DNA of 64,000 nt from a virus (IMGVR_UViG_2974732567_000001:1-64000), one strand, 5' to 3'. Positions 53,466 through 64,000 are shown, numbered from the stretch's first letter. The notes: generated by a model not told the origin, from the letters alone. Made by a program: numbers and translations.

Positions 53466-53917
53466 TATCAGAAAGAATAGCTAAAAAGAGTACATATACT
53501 ATAAGTAATATGTATATAGATGGTGTTAAGTTCTGCAATGTTCTTGAAGATACAGACAGAGGACTTACACAAGATATGCCATTAGAGGATATATAGAAAG
53601 CTAAAGTATATGGTAAGACTGCTATACCTACTGGTACATATAAAGTTACTTTAGATGTTGTGTCTCCTAAATTTAGTAAGTACAAACAGTATAAATTCTG
53701 TAATGGAAAGCTACCTAGATTGTTAGATGTACCTAGTTTCAATGGCATTCTAATTCACATAGGTAATACAGAGGGGGATACAGATGGGTGCCTGTTGGTA
53801 GGAAAAAATAATGTAGTTGGTAAAGTAACAGAGAGTACTGCAATATTTAAAGCATTATATGCTAAGATGCAAGAAGCAGTAGAAAATGGAGAAGAAATTA
53901 CTATTACTATTAAGTAA
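53456..53917 (+). CDS. DUF5675-type peptidoglycan peptidase, putative endolysin (153 aa, 1 TAG)
   Basis: FCNVLED, TAIPTGTY, ILIHIGNT..DTDGCLLVG His/Cys motif. Confidence 0.8.
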
Positions 53918-53937
53918 TACAGAGGGGGATACAGATG
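53763..53937 (+). repeat. 24-nt perfect direct repeat GTAATACAGAGGGGGATACAGATG
   Basis: Copies at 53763-53786 and 53914-53937. Confidence 0.9.
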
Positions 53938-56900
53938 AAAACAATTTTATATAATCCAATATTCATTAATCCTTAGGCATACTATGTGTTTCCAAGGTTA
54001 ACTAGGTATCTACAGCCAGATAATGAGTCTACTGTAGAACCGGCTAACTATATAGGTACTATTGAAGTAAAAGTAATAGCATATGGAGATACTACTTTAA
54101 AAAGAACTTATTCTAGTACAGATTATATAGACCTAAGCGAATTCAAGAACACTTGGATACGCATTAGTCTATTTACTAAAGTAGGTTCATGTGTCTTAGG
54201 AGAATGGAAGATTGGTGACATGCAGACAGACTTACCTTATATAGAACCAGAAGTATTAGCTTCTCTTAAGGCTGTAGTTGTAGTAGGTAACAAAAGTAAT
54301 AGTGATAGTGATAGAGCTATTGTTAGGAACTTAGTAGATAAAGATAATCCGTTTATAATTAGTAATACTTCTTATAATCTTAATAGTGGTTATGGTAAAT
54401 ATAATATTACTTTTCAATACTTTCCATATAGAGAAAACATAATAAGTATAAGTGATAACAAAGTAGTATTTGATAAAGGAGGATAGCTATTATTACCATA
54501 TCCATCAATGGATGAAGACATACCGTCATTTAAAATAAAGGTTAGCGGTTTAAGTGAAACTTATCATTTTAGGTATTATTACAGAACAGATGATGGAGTT
54601 CAACAATCTATAAACATGGCTAAGGATGGATATTATGAGTTACCTATAGGATATAATGTACAAAGTAGTTCTGATGGCACTAATTGCGGTTTTGCAAATA
54701 ACGGTTCTGATATAGTAACTATAGAATAGGTACCTGAATTCCAAGGAGCATTTGTTACAGATGGCGTTAATGACTTGATTACTTCTACTAAGACTGTAGA
54801 AGAGATGTTAGGAGGAAGCAATGAGCTAACCATTGTGTCCATGATTCATCAGGTTAAAGATTCAGCTAATAATGTATCTTTTACCAATTATATAAGAGGT
54901 AGTGCCAATGGCTATTTCCGTAATATCGTGAATAACTACGACAAGACTGGAATATATGGATATACTTCTTCTGACTTAATGGGTCTTTCAGTTGTAAATA
55001 ATATATTAGGCGATAAGAATGATTATACAGCTAATGGTGACAATAGAGACTCCATAATCAATGGTAATTTTAGCGTTCAAGGATATTCGTATAATGACGG
55101 TAATAATACTGGTGATTTTAGTTCTGTAGCTTGGTACTGGACAATCATCGCCAACAAGGTACTGACTACCGACCAAATCAAGCAAGTAATCGCTTACTTC
55201 AACTTGGATAGAACTCTTAAACCTGATATACTGTGTAATACTATCAAGCAGGGAATCACTAACGAGAACCACGCAGAGTTTGGCGACAAGCTGATTGACT
55301 TTTCAGGTAATGGTAGAGATATCCAATTAAATAATCTAGCTTGGAAAGGCGGTAGTGGTATCGCGGCTAAACAATATGAAACATTTAAAGATTGGACTAA
55401 TACTCCTTATCAAACTTCGACAGTAACAGAAATAGATGAGTTTACTAGAGTAGTAGATTCTACTTCTAATGCTTATTGGGTAAGTATGATTAATAGAACT
55501 TCTGATTTTGATAAAGTTCATGATTCTATTAATATAGTTCTATACCAAGATGATATGCTATTAGTTCATGAATGTAAATATAAGATAGACGAGAATGTTA
55601 CAACTAAGGCATTATACGAAACTTTAAAATCGGGTGTAAATACAATAACATTAGCAACTATTGATAAGTTTACAGATATACCGGAAGATGCAGAAATAAT
55701 GAGTCTTGGCGAATGGGTTAATCCTAAAAGTAACAAAGGTTCTGTTAAGATAACTCTATTACCTAGTTACAAAGGAGGATTGTTGCTTGACGGAGTAAAT
55801 GACTTCGGTAAGGTGACAGGGATGCCTGTTTACAAGGATTATACTTTCATTATAGATAGACAAATAACATCTATTGGTGATACAGCCGGAGTAGTCGCTT
55901 CTAAATCCGAGGATTCAGCAGACGCAACTAAGCATGGAGCCTTCATATTTGAATATTTAGCTGCTCCTGATAAGATAAGTACTTGGAGTTTCTATAAAGA
56001 TAATGGTAAAGTTGCTAATACTGATTTTACTAGAGGTATAAGTTATCAATCAACATATAGTTATAATGGAAAAGATTTAACTATCGGAACGTCTAAAGAT
56101 AGTGATAAATTATGGCTAGGGACAATTCGAGATAGAGATTCTCGTTTCTTCAACGGGGCTATCTACTCTCTCATGTCTTTCCCCTACTCCATGTCCGAGT
56201 TTCTAATCGAAAGACAACTAAAGAAGCATAAGTTAGGAACACTATACCCTAATATGGTTGAATTTAGACCTGTTATTAAAAGTAGTGTTGAATTAGCAAG
56301 TAAGCCAACATTTGTAATAAGAGGTACTCCTACATTGTTAAATGCAGGAGATTATATACCTGAAAACAGTGAAATATGGGTGGTGATAACCATGAATAAC
56401 GCTGCTGATAGGATGACTAAATTTGTTATCAACGGTAATACTATTGATATTCCTAGTTCTGCGTATAATCCTTCTACTATGAAATATAGTTTTCCTTCTA
56501 CAATAGATAGTAAGTCTCCACAGAAGATTACTATGACTATCGAACAGGATGAAAACTACGTCCATTAGATTTTTATTTAAATAATTATCAAAAGAGAATT
56601 AATATAGGCGATTATATACCCAAAGATGTTTATCTTAGAGCTATTTTTTATCTAAAAAATAATGTTGACGAACTTACGGTATTTACATTTAACGGAGTAA
56701 ATATTGATTATAAAAGAAGTGTGGTTGATGATACGGCTTTTAATATTGGCGCAATATATAATTATGATTCTCCACAAGAAGTAAACATCACCATTGACGA
56801 GTACATCAGATACGAGGATATAGACTTTACGAATTGCTATCCAGGAGTACCTCGTATTTATGTTAATGATAAATCTGTAACATGGGGTGATAAATTAAAA

Positions 56901-58462
56901 GTAGGAGATGAATTTACATTCTATGGGAATGTCAACATTTTACCTGAAATGTATAATGTTTTAGTAAAAGCATTATATAACGGAGAAGAGATGGTTTATG
57001 GCTCAATTGGAACTATATCTAAATCTATGGCATTTACTAGTTTCAAAACTTATACTTTTGACGATAATGAACCGAAATGTATTCTATCTCCTAGACTATT
57101 GAATATACCTAACAGCTCATATAAAATACTTGGATACATTCCTGATATATCCGGTCACGGTAATAATGGAGTTATCCATAACTCGGCTTATGCAGGAATG
57201 AGTGGAGCCAATGGTTATCCTTATGATTATAAATCATCGCGTTTCACAGTTCACGCTAGCGATGTTGTTCTCGTAAATAGTGAAACTGTTAAGTATGTAA
57301 ATGCTTTAACTCAAACATCTTTCTATTATAGAAATACAAGTTATAAAGGAAAAATTAAAGTAACAGGAATAACTAAAGCTATTTCTAGTGGTTAGGAACT
57401 AATTATGCAAATACTGTGTATGCTAAGATGTCTCTCTACGACTTTATGCTCTTCGATGAAATCTCAACGGACGATAAGATACAGGAATTGAATGAGTATG
57501 TGGGCGTTGAAGCAAAAGTAGAGAAACCTGATTATTATTGGGACGCTTATGGTAAGACTAACTTTGATGAAGATAAAGCAACTATTCAACAAAGAGGTGT
57601 AGCTGTAGGTGATTATGATTTGATTAATTATAATCATGCTTACGATAAGATGTCAGGTTATGATGGTTATGAGTTTGCTAAGTTTGATAATGAACTAGAT
57701 TGGTATTTAACTCCTGATAATGGTTATATTGATGTTGTATCTCGAAATGGATATAGTATTACACTTAAGAATCTAAGTACTTCGGATTATGGCTGGTATT
57801 TCCAAAACAGTACTGTTAAAGAATTTATAACAAAGGATATCCCATTTAAAGTTAAAGCTAATAAATCTATTAGAGTTTACTGGGATATGCATTCCTATAA
57901 ATCTAACGGGGAAAACTTTGGATATGTAGTTAATAATATTACCTTAAATCCTAATGAAGATACTTCTATTAATTTAAGGCATTTAACCGAAGAGGAATTA
58001 ACTGAATTAGACGCAAATAAAGATAGAATGTACTATCTGTTATGGTTTGATTTATCTACTCTTGCAGTAGACGAAGAAGTTACCATTGAAATGCTTCCTC
58101 TGTATCCTAATGGTTTGGTATACGATGGAGTAGAAGATTTTAGTGTTAATAAGAATATTCCTATAATTGATGACTTTACAGTAATCGCAAAGAGAACTTG
58201 GTTAGAGGAAAATATTTCTGACAAACCTTTTATCATTAAAGGTGACACTTTGTATCCTGACGGGAACCAGAATGCTTTCTTATTTGAATATGGCAAACTA
58301 TCTACTTATTCTTTCGGACAAAATAACAAGTATGATGAGAGTGTAGTTCCTTCTCTAATTTCTTGGGCTACTCCTACATCACTAGAGATTAACTTCCTAA
58401 AGAATCTAATGGAGAAAGACGAAATAATTGATTTAACTAACCCAATATTTATACAAGAATGA
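53935..58462 (+). CDS. Modular receptor-binding/fibre-like gene broken by two frameshifts (about 56565 and 57390)
   Basis: Frame 1 is 53935-56580, frame 2 about 56553-57395 onward, frame 3 about 57376-58462; repeated LamG-like modules (DGVND/DGVED, D.SG.G, GDYIP). Confidence 0.7.
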
Positions 58463-58734
58463 AATATATTGTTGTACCAGCCGAAGTGCTGATTGATATA
58501 ACACAAGATACACTAGACGAAATGCATTTAGTATTTCGTTATAGTGTAGATGGAACTGAAGTAATCATGAAAGTTGCTAACTATGAATTACTATTCCCAT
58601 CAGCAATGACATTACCTTTAACAGAAGAAGACGAAACTCCGGAAGTAGTATATCCGTATCCTACTTATGAAGGAGAAGAATTACAGAAATTGTTAAGCAG
58701 TGATAAATGGACTAATAAAGAAGAACAACTATGA
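58459..58734 (+). CDS. Small acidic fibre-accessory protein
   Basis: 91-aa ORF with ATGA overlaps. Confidence 0.75.
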   Translation: MKYIVVPAEVLIDITQDTLDEMHLVFRYSVDGTEVIMKVANYELLFPSAMTLPLTEEDETPEVVYPYPTYEGEELQKLLSSDKWTNKEEQL

Positions 58735-59261
58735 GAGAAACTATAAATTTCGTACCTAGTAAGTCAACTCCCAATCACAAAGAAGTACAGTATTGGATAG
58801 ACTTACAAACTGATCCATATGGTAGATGTATTAAAGCATGGACTGGATCTGAATGGAGTACTATTACTGATAATGATCTAATTGAATCTATTAACAAAGA
58901 ACTAGCTAATAAAGCGAATAAAGCTACTACTTTGTCTGGTTACGGTATTCAAGATGCATATACTAAGGAACAAGTAGATGCTAAAGTAGCATCTGTATAT
59001 AGAGTGAAAGGTTCTGTAGCTAATTTTGAAGCACTACCTGCTACAGCTGTAGTTGGAGATGTATATAATCTAACAGATACTGGTGCTAACTATGTATGTA
59101 TTGTAGCTAGTCCTGCTGAATGGGATAAGTTATCTGAAACAGTAGACTTGAGTCACTGTGTAACATCTGATGAAGTATCTACTGTAGTATCTATGACTTA
59201 GACAGAATATGATGCTTTGTCCGTTAAAGATTCTAAAACACTATATTTAATTCACGAATAA
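58731..59261 (+). CDS. Short fibre protein (176 aa, 1 TAG)
   Basis: ATTLSGYGIQDAYTK, VYRVKGSV, MT(Q)TEYDALSVKDSKTLYLI. Confidence 0.78.
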
Positions 59262-59262
59262 T

Positions 59263-60504
59263 ATGAAATTAGGAGATAAAAATATTGTAGCTGCATATCT
59301 TGGCGATGTTAATGTATTTACTAACTATTATGGGGTTAGCTTTCCTATAGAACCGTAGAATACATTAATGACTAGAACAGGATACATGCCTTGGCATAAA
59401 GAACTTCCTATACATTCTAAGATGAAGTCTTGCACGATTACTTCTGATGGAACAGTTAAATATCTTAATGCTACAGATAGAACCAAGTATGAAGATGGTA
59501 CTGATAGAGACATGACATTAAATACTATGGTAGAAATACCAGAGTTTTGGTATAAATGTATGAGAGATGATACTACTGTATATTTGAACTTATATCCAGC
59601 AGATCCTCATATTCCAGAAGCTGAACATGTAGAGAAGTTCTATATTTCTGCATATGAAGCGTCTAATGTAGACAATGTGTTAAAATCTATTAATAATGGA
59701 TCTATCACTCCGGTAGTAAGCATTAATAGAACTACTATGCAATCTAGAGCTAGGGCTAATAACTCTAGTACTACTAATTGGAACATGTATACTTATAGAG
59801 CTCATAGAATACTTACTGTGCTTTACTTAGTTGAATATGCATGTACTAATAGTCAGAAAGCTTTCAATGCTGAATTAACTGCAGAAGGATACCATCAAGG
59901 AGGTTTAGGAGATGGAGTTACTGCAGGTAATATTAAAGTAAATGGAGTTGATACATGGAGTTTTATACCTTGTGGAAGTACAGACGAACATGGAAACTCT
60001 ACTGGTATAACTTCCGTTACTGTTAATAGTACTGACGCAGAAGGTGTTGCAACTCAGAAGTCTTATAATGTTCCTACTTATAGAGGTATTGAGAATCCAT
60101 TTGGTCATGTATGGAAAAATTGTATAGACATACTTGTACATTTTAATGCACAAACTAATAAAAATGACGTTTATATAAATACCGACTTAAGTACATTTGG
60201 ATCTACTGATGTATTTGATTATGACTATCAATGTAGTACTACTATTACTGAAGGTTATAAGAAGAAATTGGTATACAATGCAGCATTTGACATATTTCCT
60301 CCAATAGATGAAGCATTTGGTGGTAACACTACAACTTATTGGTGTGACTACAATTGGACTAACAATAGTACAACTGATAGGCTAACAGTAATAGGCGGTT
60401 TTGCGGGTTATGGTGCTAATTCGGGCTTGCTCTGTGTTGGTTCTCACCTTGGGCCCGGCCATGCTGATGCTCATGTCGGTACTCGGTTAATCTATATACC
60501 GTAA
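59263..60504 (+). CDS. DGR target protein, CLec/Mtd-like putative receptor-binding protein (413 aa, 1 TAG)
   Basis: MVEIPEFW, YISAYEAS, YRGIENPFGHVW and a C-terminal variable region ending GTRL. Confidence 0.85.
60392..60484 (+). repeat. DGR variable repeat VR1
   Basis: 93-nt ungapped match to TR with 24 mismatches, 23 at TR adenines. Confidence 0.95.
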
Positions 60505-60540
60505 TTTAATTAAAAATATAGATAGGTTGTTCCTCATCAT

Positions 60541-60633
60541 TAAGCAGTAATGCGAGTAATAGTGCTAATTCAGGCTTACTCAATGTTAATTCTAACAATG
60601 AGCTCAGCAATGCTAATGCTAATGTCAGTACAC
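60541..60633 (+). repeat. DGR template repeat (TR)
   Basis: AAT/AAC-rich copy of VR1 containing 32 adenines, between the target gene and the RT. Confidence 0.95.
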
Positions 60634-60760
60634 TGAATCCGTAATTAAAAAAAGTAAAGAAATTAAGAGACTGTAGAGGGAGACCTTGCCCCTTGGCAAA
60701 AAATAACATACTAATTAACTGTGCTAGTAACATATGTGAAAACTCGGTAAGGGATTACAG

Positions 60761-61786
60761 ATGAAAAGATATAACAATTTATTTGACAAAATAGTAACTT
60801 TAGATAATCTATATTTAGCAGATAAAAGAGCTAGAAGGCAAAAACAACACAGACCCGAAATAATTGAATTCGATAAGAATAGGGAGAAGTTACTCTTAGA
60901 TCTTCAGAAGAAATTAATAAATGGTGAATACAGAACTTCTGAATATTACATATTTAAGATATATGAACCGAAAGAAAGAGAAATATTTAAACTTCCGTAT
61001 TATCCAGATAGAATAGTTCATCACGCAATAATGAATATAATGGAACCTATATGGGTATCTTCTTTCGTTAAAGGCACTTATAGTTGTATAAAAAATCGTG
61101 GAATACACAAAGCTTTAAAAGATGTCAAACATGCATTAAAAGATGAAGCTAACACATAGTATTGCCTTAAATTAAATGTCAGAAAATTTTATCCTTCAAT
61201 AGATCATGCAATATTAAAATAGTTGATTAGAAAGAAAATAAAAGACAAACAACTGTTAGTAATATTAGATGAAATTATAGATTCAGCAGAGGGAGTACCT
61301 ATTGGAAATTACTTATCATAGTTCTTTGCTAATCTGTATTTAACATATCTAGATCATTGGGTAAAAGAAGAAAAACACATAAAATATTACTTCAGATACG
61401 CAGATGATATTGTAATACTTCATGGAGATAAAGACTATCTAAGACAGTTATTCAAGGATATGAAGTAGTATCTAGAAGAAAGACTTAATATCAGTTTTAA
61501 AGACAATTGGCAAATATTTAAAGTAGATGACAGAGGTATAGACTTTGTAGGATACAAGATATTTCATACTCATACTCTTTTAAGAAAACGTATTAAGAAA
61601 AACTTCTGTAAAAAGTTAAGCAAACTGAATAAGAAATAGAATCTAGATAGGCACGTTTACCAACAAAAGATATGTAGTTACATAGGTTGGATTAAATATT
61701 GTAACGGTCGCAATTTATTTAATAAAATGACTAAACATAAAGAGCTATTGCAATACATATCTAAGAATAAAAAGAGGAAAACCTAA
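60761..61786 (+). CDS. DGR reverse transcriptase (341 aa, 5 recoded TAG); motif-A Asp replaced by Asn
   Basis: EPKERE, YPDRIVHHA, YCLKLNVRKFYPSIDH, GVPIGNYLS(Q)FFAN, FRYADD, GIDFVGY, SYIGW. Confidence 0.93.
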
Positions 61787-61832
61787 ACAAGTAACTTACG
61801 TTTTAAAAGTATATCTCAGATAAAATTGTCAT

Positions 61833-61862
61833 CCCTGTCAGAGCAATCTCTCAGGGTTTTTT
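61833..61862 (+). terminator. Probable terminator after the RT
   Basis: CCCTG..AGAG-CAAT-CTCT-CAGGG-TTTTTT. Confidence 0.6.
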
Positions 61863-61880
61863 ACTTTCAAATTACTTGCT

Positions 61881-62411
61881 ATGATTTACAATGTAGGAGA
61901 TTCAATTATGACTTTGTTCAAAAGTATATTTAGTAGCGCAGGAAGATTCGCCAGCAGTTGCTTTGCTGGAATAACATCTTTCTTAGCACCAGTTTAGGTA
62001 GCTATAATTGCAGCGACTAGTTTTATACTGATAGATGTCATATTAGGATACAAGGTATCAAGAAAATACGGACATAAACACGTTGAGTCTTATAAACTAT
62101 GGAAGACTATTAATAAGATGTTTGAAGCAGCTCTATTAATAGTAGGCGCATACATAATAGATACTCATATCGTGATTTCATTAGATTTGCATGCTGTAGA
62201 GTTTGTATCCGGTATGATATGTGGAACAGAATTCATATCTTGGCTAGAATCAATGAAGGATTTACATCCGAATTGCAAAGTATGTAAAGTATTAGACAAA
62301 GTACTCGGCAAGGTTATCAAAGCTAAAGGTGAAAAGTATCTAGGAGTAGATTTAGATATAAATGATTTTAAACCAAATAACAATGATAACAGCAATAATA
62401 TCAGTAGTTAA
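61881..62411 (+). CDS. Holin (phage holin family 4-like; 176 aa, 1 TAG)
   Basis: Several TM segments; LIDVILG..K....ES.KLWKT..K...EFISWLES pattern; second in-frame ATG at 61908. Confidence 0.75.
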
Positions 62412-63021
62412 CTGGCTTGCAAAGAATTTCAAAGCACTTACCATAGGTTTCATATGTATTCTCTCGGTAAGTGCTTTTTTTATGTACAAGCAGCTACAAA
62501 AGAAGGACAAAGAAATAGCTAGACTATCCAACAACAGTGAATATTATTAGTCATTATTTGACTAGAGTAGTGATGAAAATAGAACATTACAACTAACTAT
62601 ATCTGATCTCAATACTAGTAGAGATAGTATAGTACAACAATTGAATGAAACTAAAAAGAAATTAAAAGTCAAAGATAAGAATCTGGTATAGGCACAGGTA
62701 ATCAATACCGAAGTTAAAGATTCCGTTAAAACAATAATTAAAACCAAAGAAGTTGACTTTACTTAGGAATTAAAATTAAACAATTTAACAACTATCATAG
62801 TAAGTAGAAAAGACTCAATCTTAACAGCCACATTAGATTTGAAAAACTAGCAAACGCTGTTTGTAGAAGAAAAGAAAGAATATCGTAATAAGTATAAGAC
62901 GTGGCTAGCCAGATTCTTTCACTTTGACTTCAAAAAAGATGTTCACAGAAAATATACGATTAACAATTCTAACAAACTTATCAAAGTAACAGATACTAGA
63001 ATAATAGAGATTAGTAAATAA
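62383..63021 (+). CDS. Spanin-like protein with N-terminal TM and coiled coil (212 aa, several TAG)
   Basis: TM segment LTIGFICILSVSAFFMY then coiled coil; follows the holin. Confidence 0.6.
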
Positions 63022-63051
63022 AATCAATCTATAATATTAATCAATAATAAT

Positions 63052-63567
63052 ATGCATAGAATAATCCGTACAAAGGCTTATGAAGCTAAACATGGTCCTC
63101 ACTTTGATGAAGAACATGCCCGTAAAGCTGTAAGTAAGATGGAAAACGAAGACGGATCTAGAGGCCAACATTGGTCTGTAGAAGAAACCTCTGCTCTTGC
63201 AAATCAATATGGGATTCGCTTTGATAGCAAATTCAATAAGTATGATTGGTATGTTGCATTAAATATGGTTTACTCTGATTACTACAAAGTAATTGTTAAC
63301 ATGACCGGTTCTAATAACTCTAAGTATTTTGTGGAGTTAGCTAAAGCTTGGTTGAATGACAAAGACATTGATGAAGGTAAAATGTGGTACTATTATATTT
63401 ATGTAATGTGCGATAAGCTGAGAGATGCAGAAGAAGAATACTTCGATAGAAACTACAGCAAATATGAAGATGAAGATGATGACGATGACGAACCTTATGG
63501 AACTTACCGTCATAGTAGTTTCCAATGCCTAACTAGAATAGAAAGAAGTTAGTAGACATAGTTATAA
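63052..63567 (+). CDS. Hypothetical phage protein, probably truncated or fused at about 63512
   Basis: HGPHFDE...HWS...FNKYDWYVALNMVYSDY...WLNDKD; the reading degrades after the acidic tract. Confidence 0.7.
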
Positions 63568-63941
63568 GTTGTGGTGGTGAACAAAAGAAGTTAACAGTAG
63601 AGGAAGGCAAATCATTAATTAATGATACTCAACTAGGTCTTACTGTAGCTACAGACAAACAACATATAGTTAATATGGTTAAATCTAGTTACAATGAATA
63701 CAAAGCGAAAAAAGAAGCTGTTGCTAGATATGACGAAGAAATGACTAAATGTGAAGCTATACTTAAGTAGTTAGATTATACAGAGAAAGAGCCTGAAAAG
63801 GAAGATCCTAGAATATAGGAATTACAAGATTAGATTAGAGAACTTAAAGATTTAATAAAACAGGCAAGTAATATGGTTCCACCTTAGATGAAATAGATGT
63901 TACCATAGAATATGCAGAAAGCAATGAATGAGGCTAGTTAA
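63525..63941 (+). CDS. Coiled-coil hypothetical protein (recoded TAG), possibly lacking its N-terminus
   Basis: Open frame MPN(Q)NRKKLVDIVISCGGEQKK...KAMNEAS-TAA. Confidence 0.6.
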
Positions 63942-63957
63942 CACTAGCCTTTTTTTA
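63931..63957 (+). terminator. Rho-independent terminator
   Basis: AGGCTAGT-TAAC-ACTAGCCT-TTTTTT. Confidence 0.8.
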
Positions 63958-64000
63958 TTTTAAGCCTTTTAGACAAACGCTATTATATTACTTGACCAAT

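Larger units (their letters stand above)
59263..61786 (+). mobile_element. Diversity-generating retroelement cassette (target/VR1 - TR - RT, no accessory gene seen)
   Basis: Adenine-specific TR/VR mismatches next to a DGR-class RT. Confidence 0.93.

Noticed and set aside
60506-60733. 75-aa minus-strand ORF (Leu/Ala-rich)
   Set aside because: It is the antisense reading of the AAT-rich template repeat
60761-61786. RT as a group II intron, retron or Abi-type RT
   Set aside because: No maturase/endonuclease extension or msr-msd seen; the GNYLSQ motif and the adjacent adenine-specific TR/VR pair identify a DGR
24481-63941. Late arm as a field of pseudogenes or many small genes
   Set aside because: The fragments are in frame and separated by TAG, conserved Gln positions are TAG, and a CUA tRNA is present, so this is recoding rather than decay

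Overview
This window is 64 kb of a crAss-like (Crassvirales) Bacteroidota phage genome with two divergent arms. The left arm (1-18.9 kb, minus strand) reads cleanly in the standard code. It carries a family B DNA polymerase, an ECF-type sigma factor, many small hypothetical genes and several long non-coding stretches. The right arm (19.3-64 kb, plus strand) is the morphogenesis and lysis module: GroES-like, HU/IHF-like, TerL, portal, scaffold, major capsid, ring, auxiliary capsid and tail proteins, a lamin-tail/metallophosphoesterase protein, a 2647-aa CotH-kinase-like/LRR protein, DUF5675-type lysin, holin and spanin-like protein. The supplied ORF track fragments this arm because TAG is recoded to Gln (code 15). 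A Gln-type amber suppressor tRNA(CUA) is encoded at 24176-24250. The main observations are: (1) a diversity-generating retroelement (RT 60761-61786, TR 60541-60633, VR1 60392-60484) with a second variable repeat 46 kb away, on the opposite strand and inside a small early gene (14235-14298), and an RT whose motif-A catalytic Asp is Asn; (2) a circularly permuted two-piece tmRNA gene (acceptor piece ending at 12474, coding piece starting at 12317, tag GNTSYVMDYTRLAA) abutting a tRNA-like element; (3) tRNA-like elements with deleted, shortened or expanded anticodon arms; (4) candidate AAC-N16/17-CGTT late promoters matching the phage ECF sigma; (5) hairpin arrays with conserved loops. All calls were made by eye, with no database searches. 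Coordinates of recoded genes were obtained by reading through TAG.
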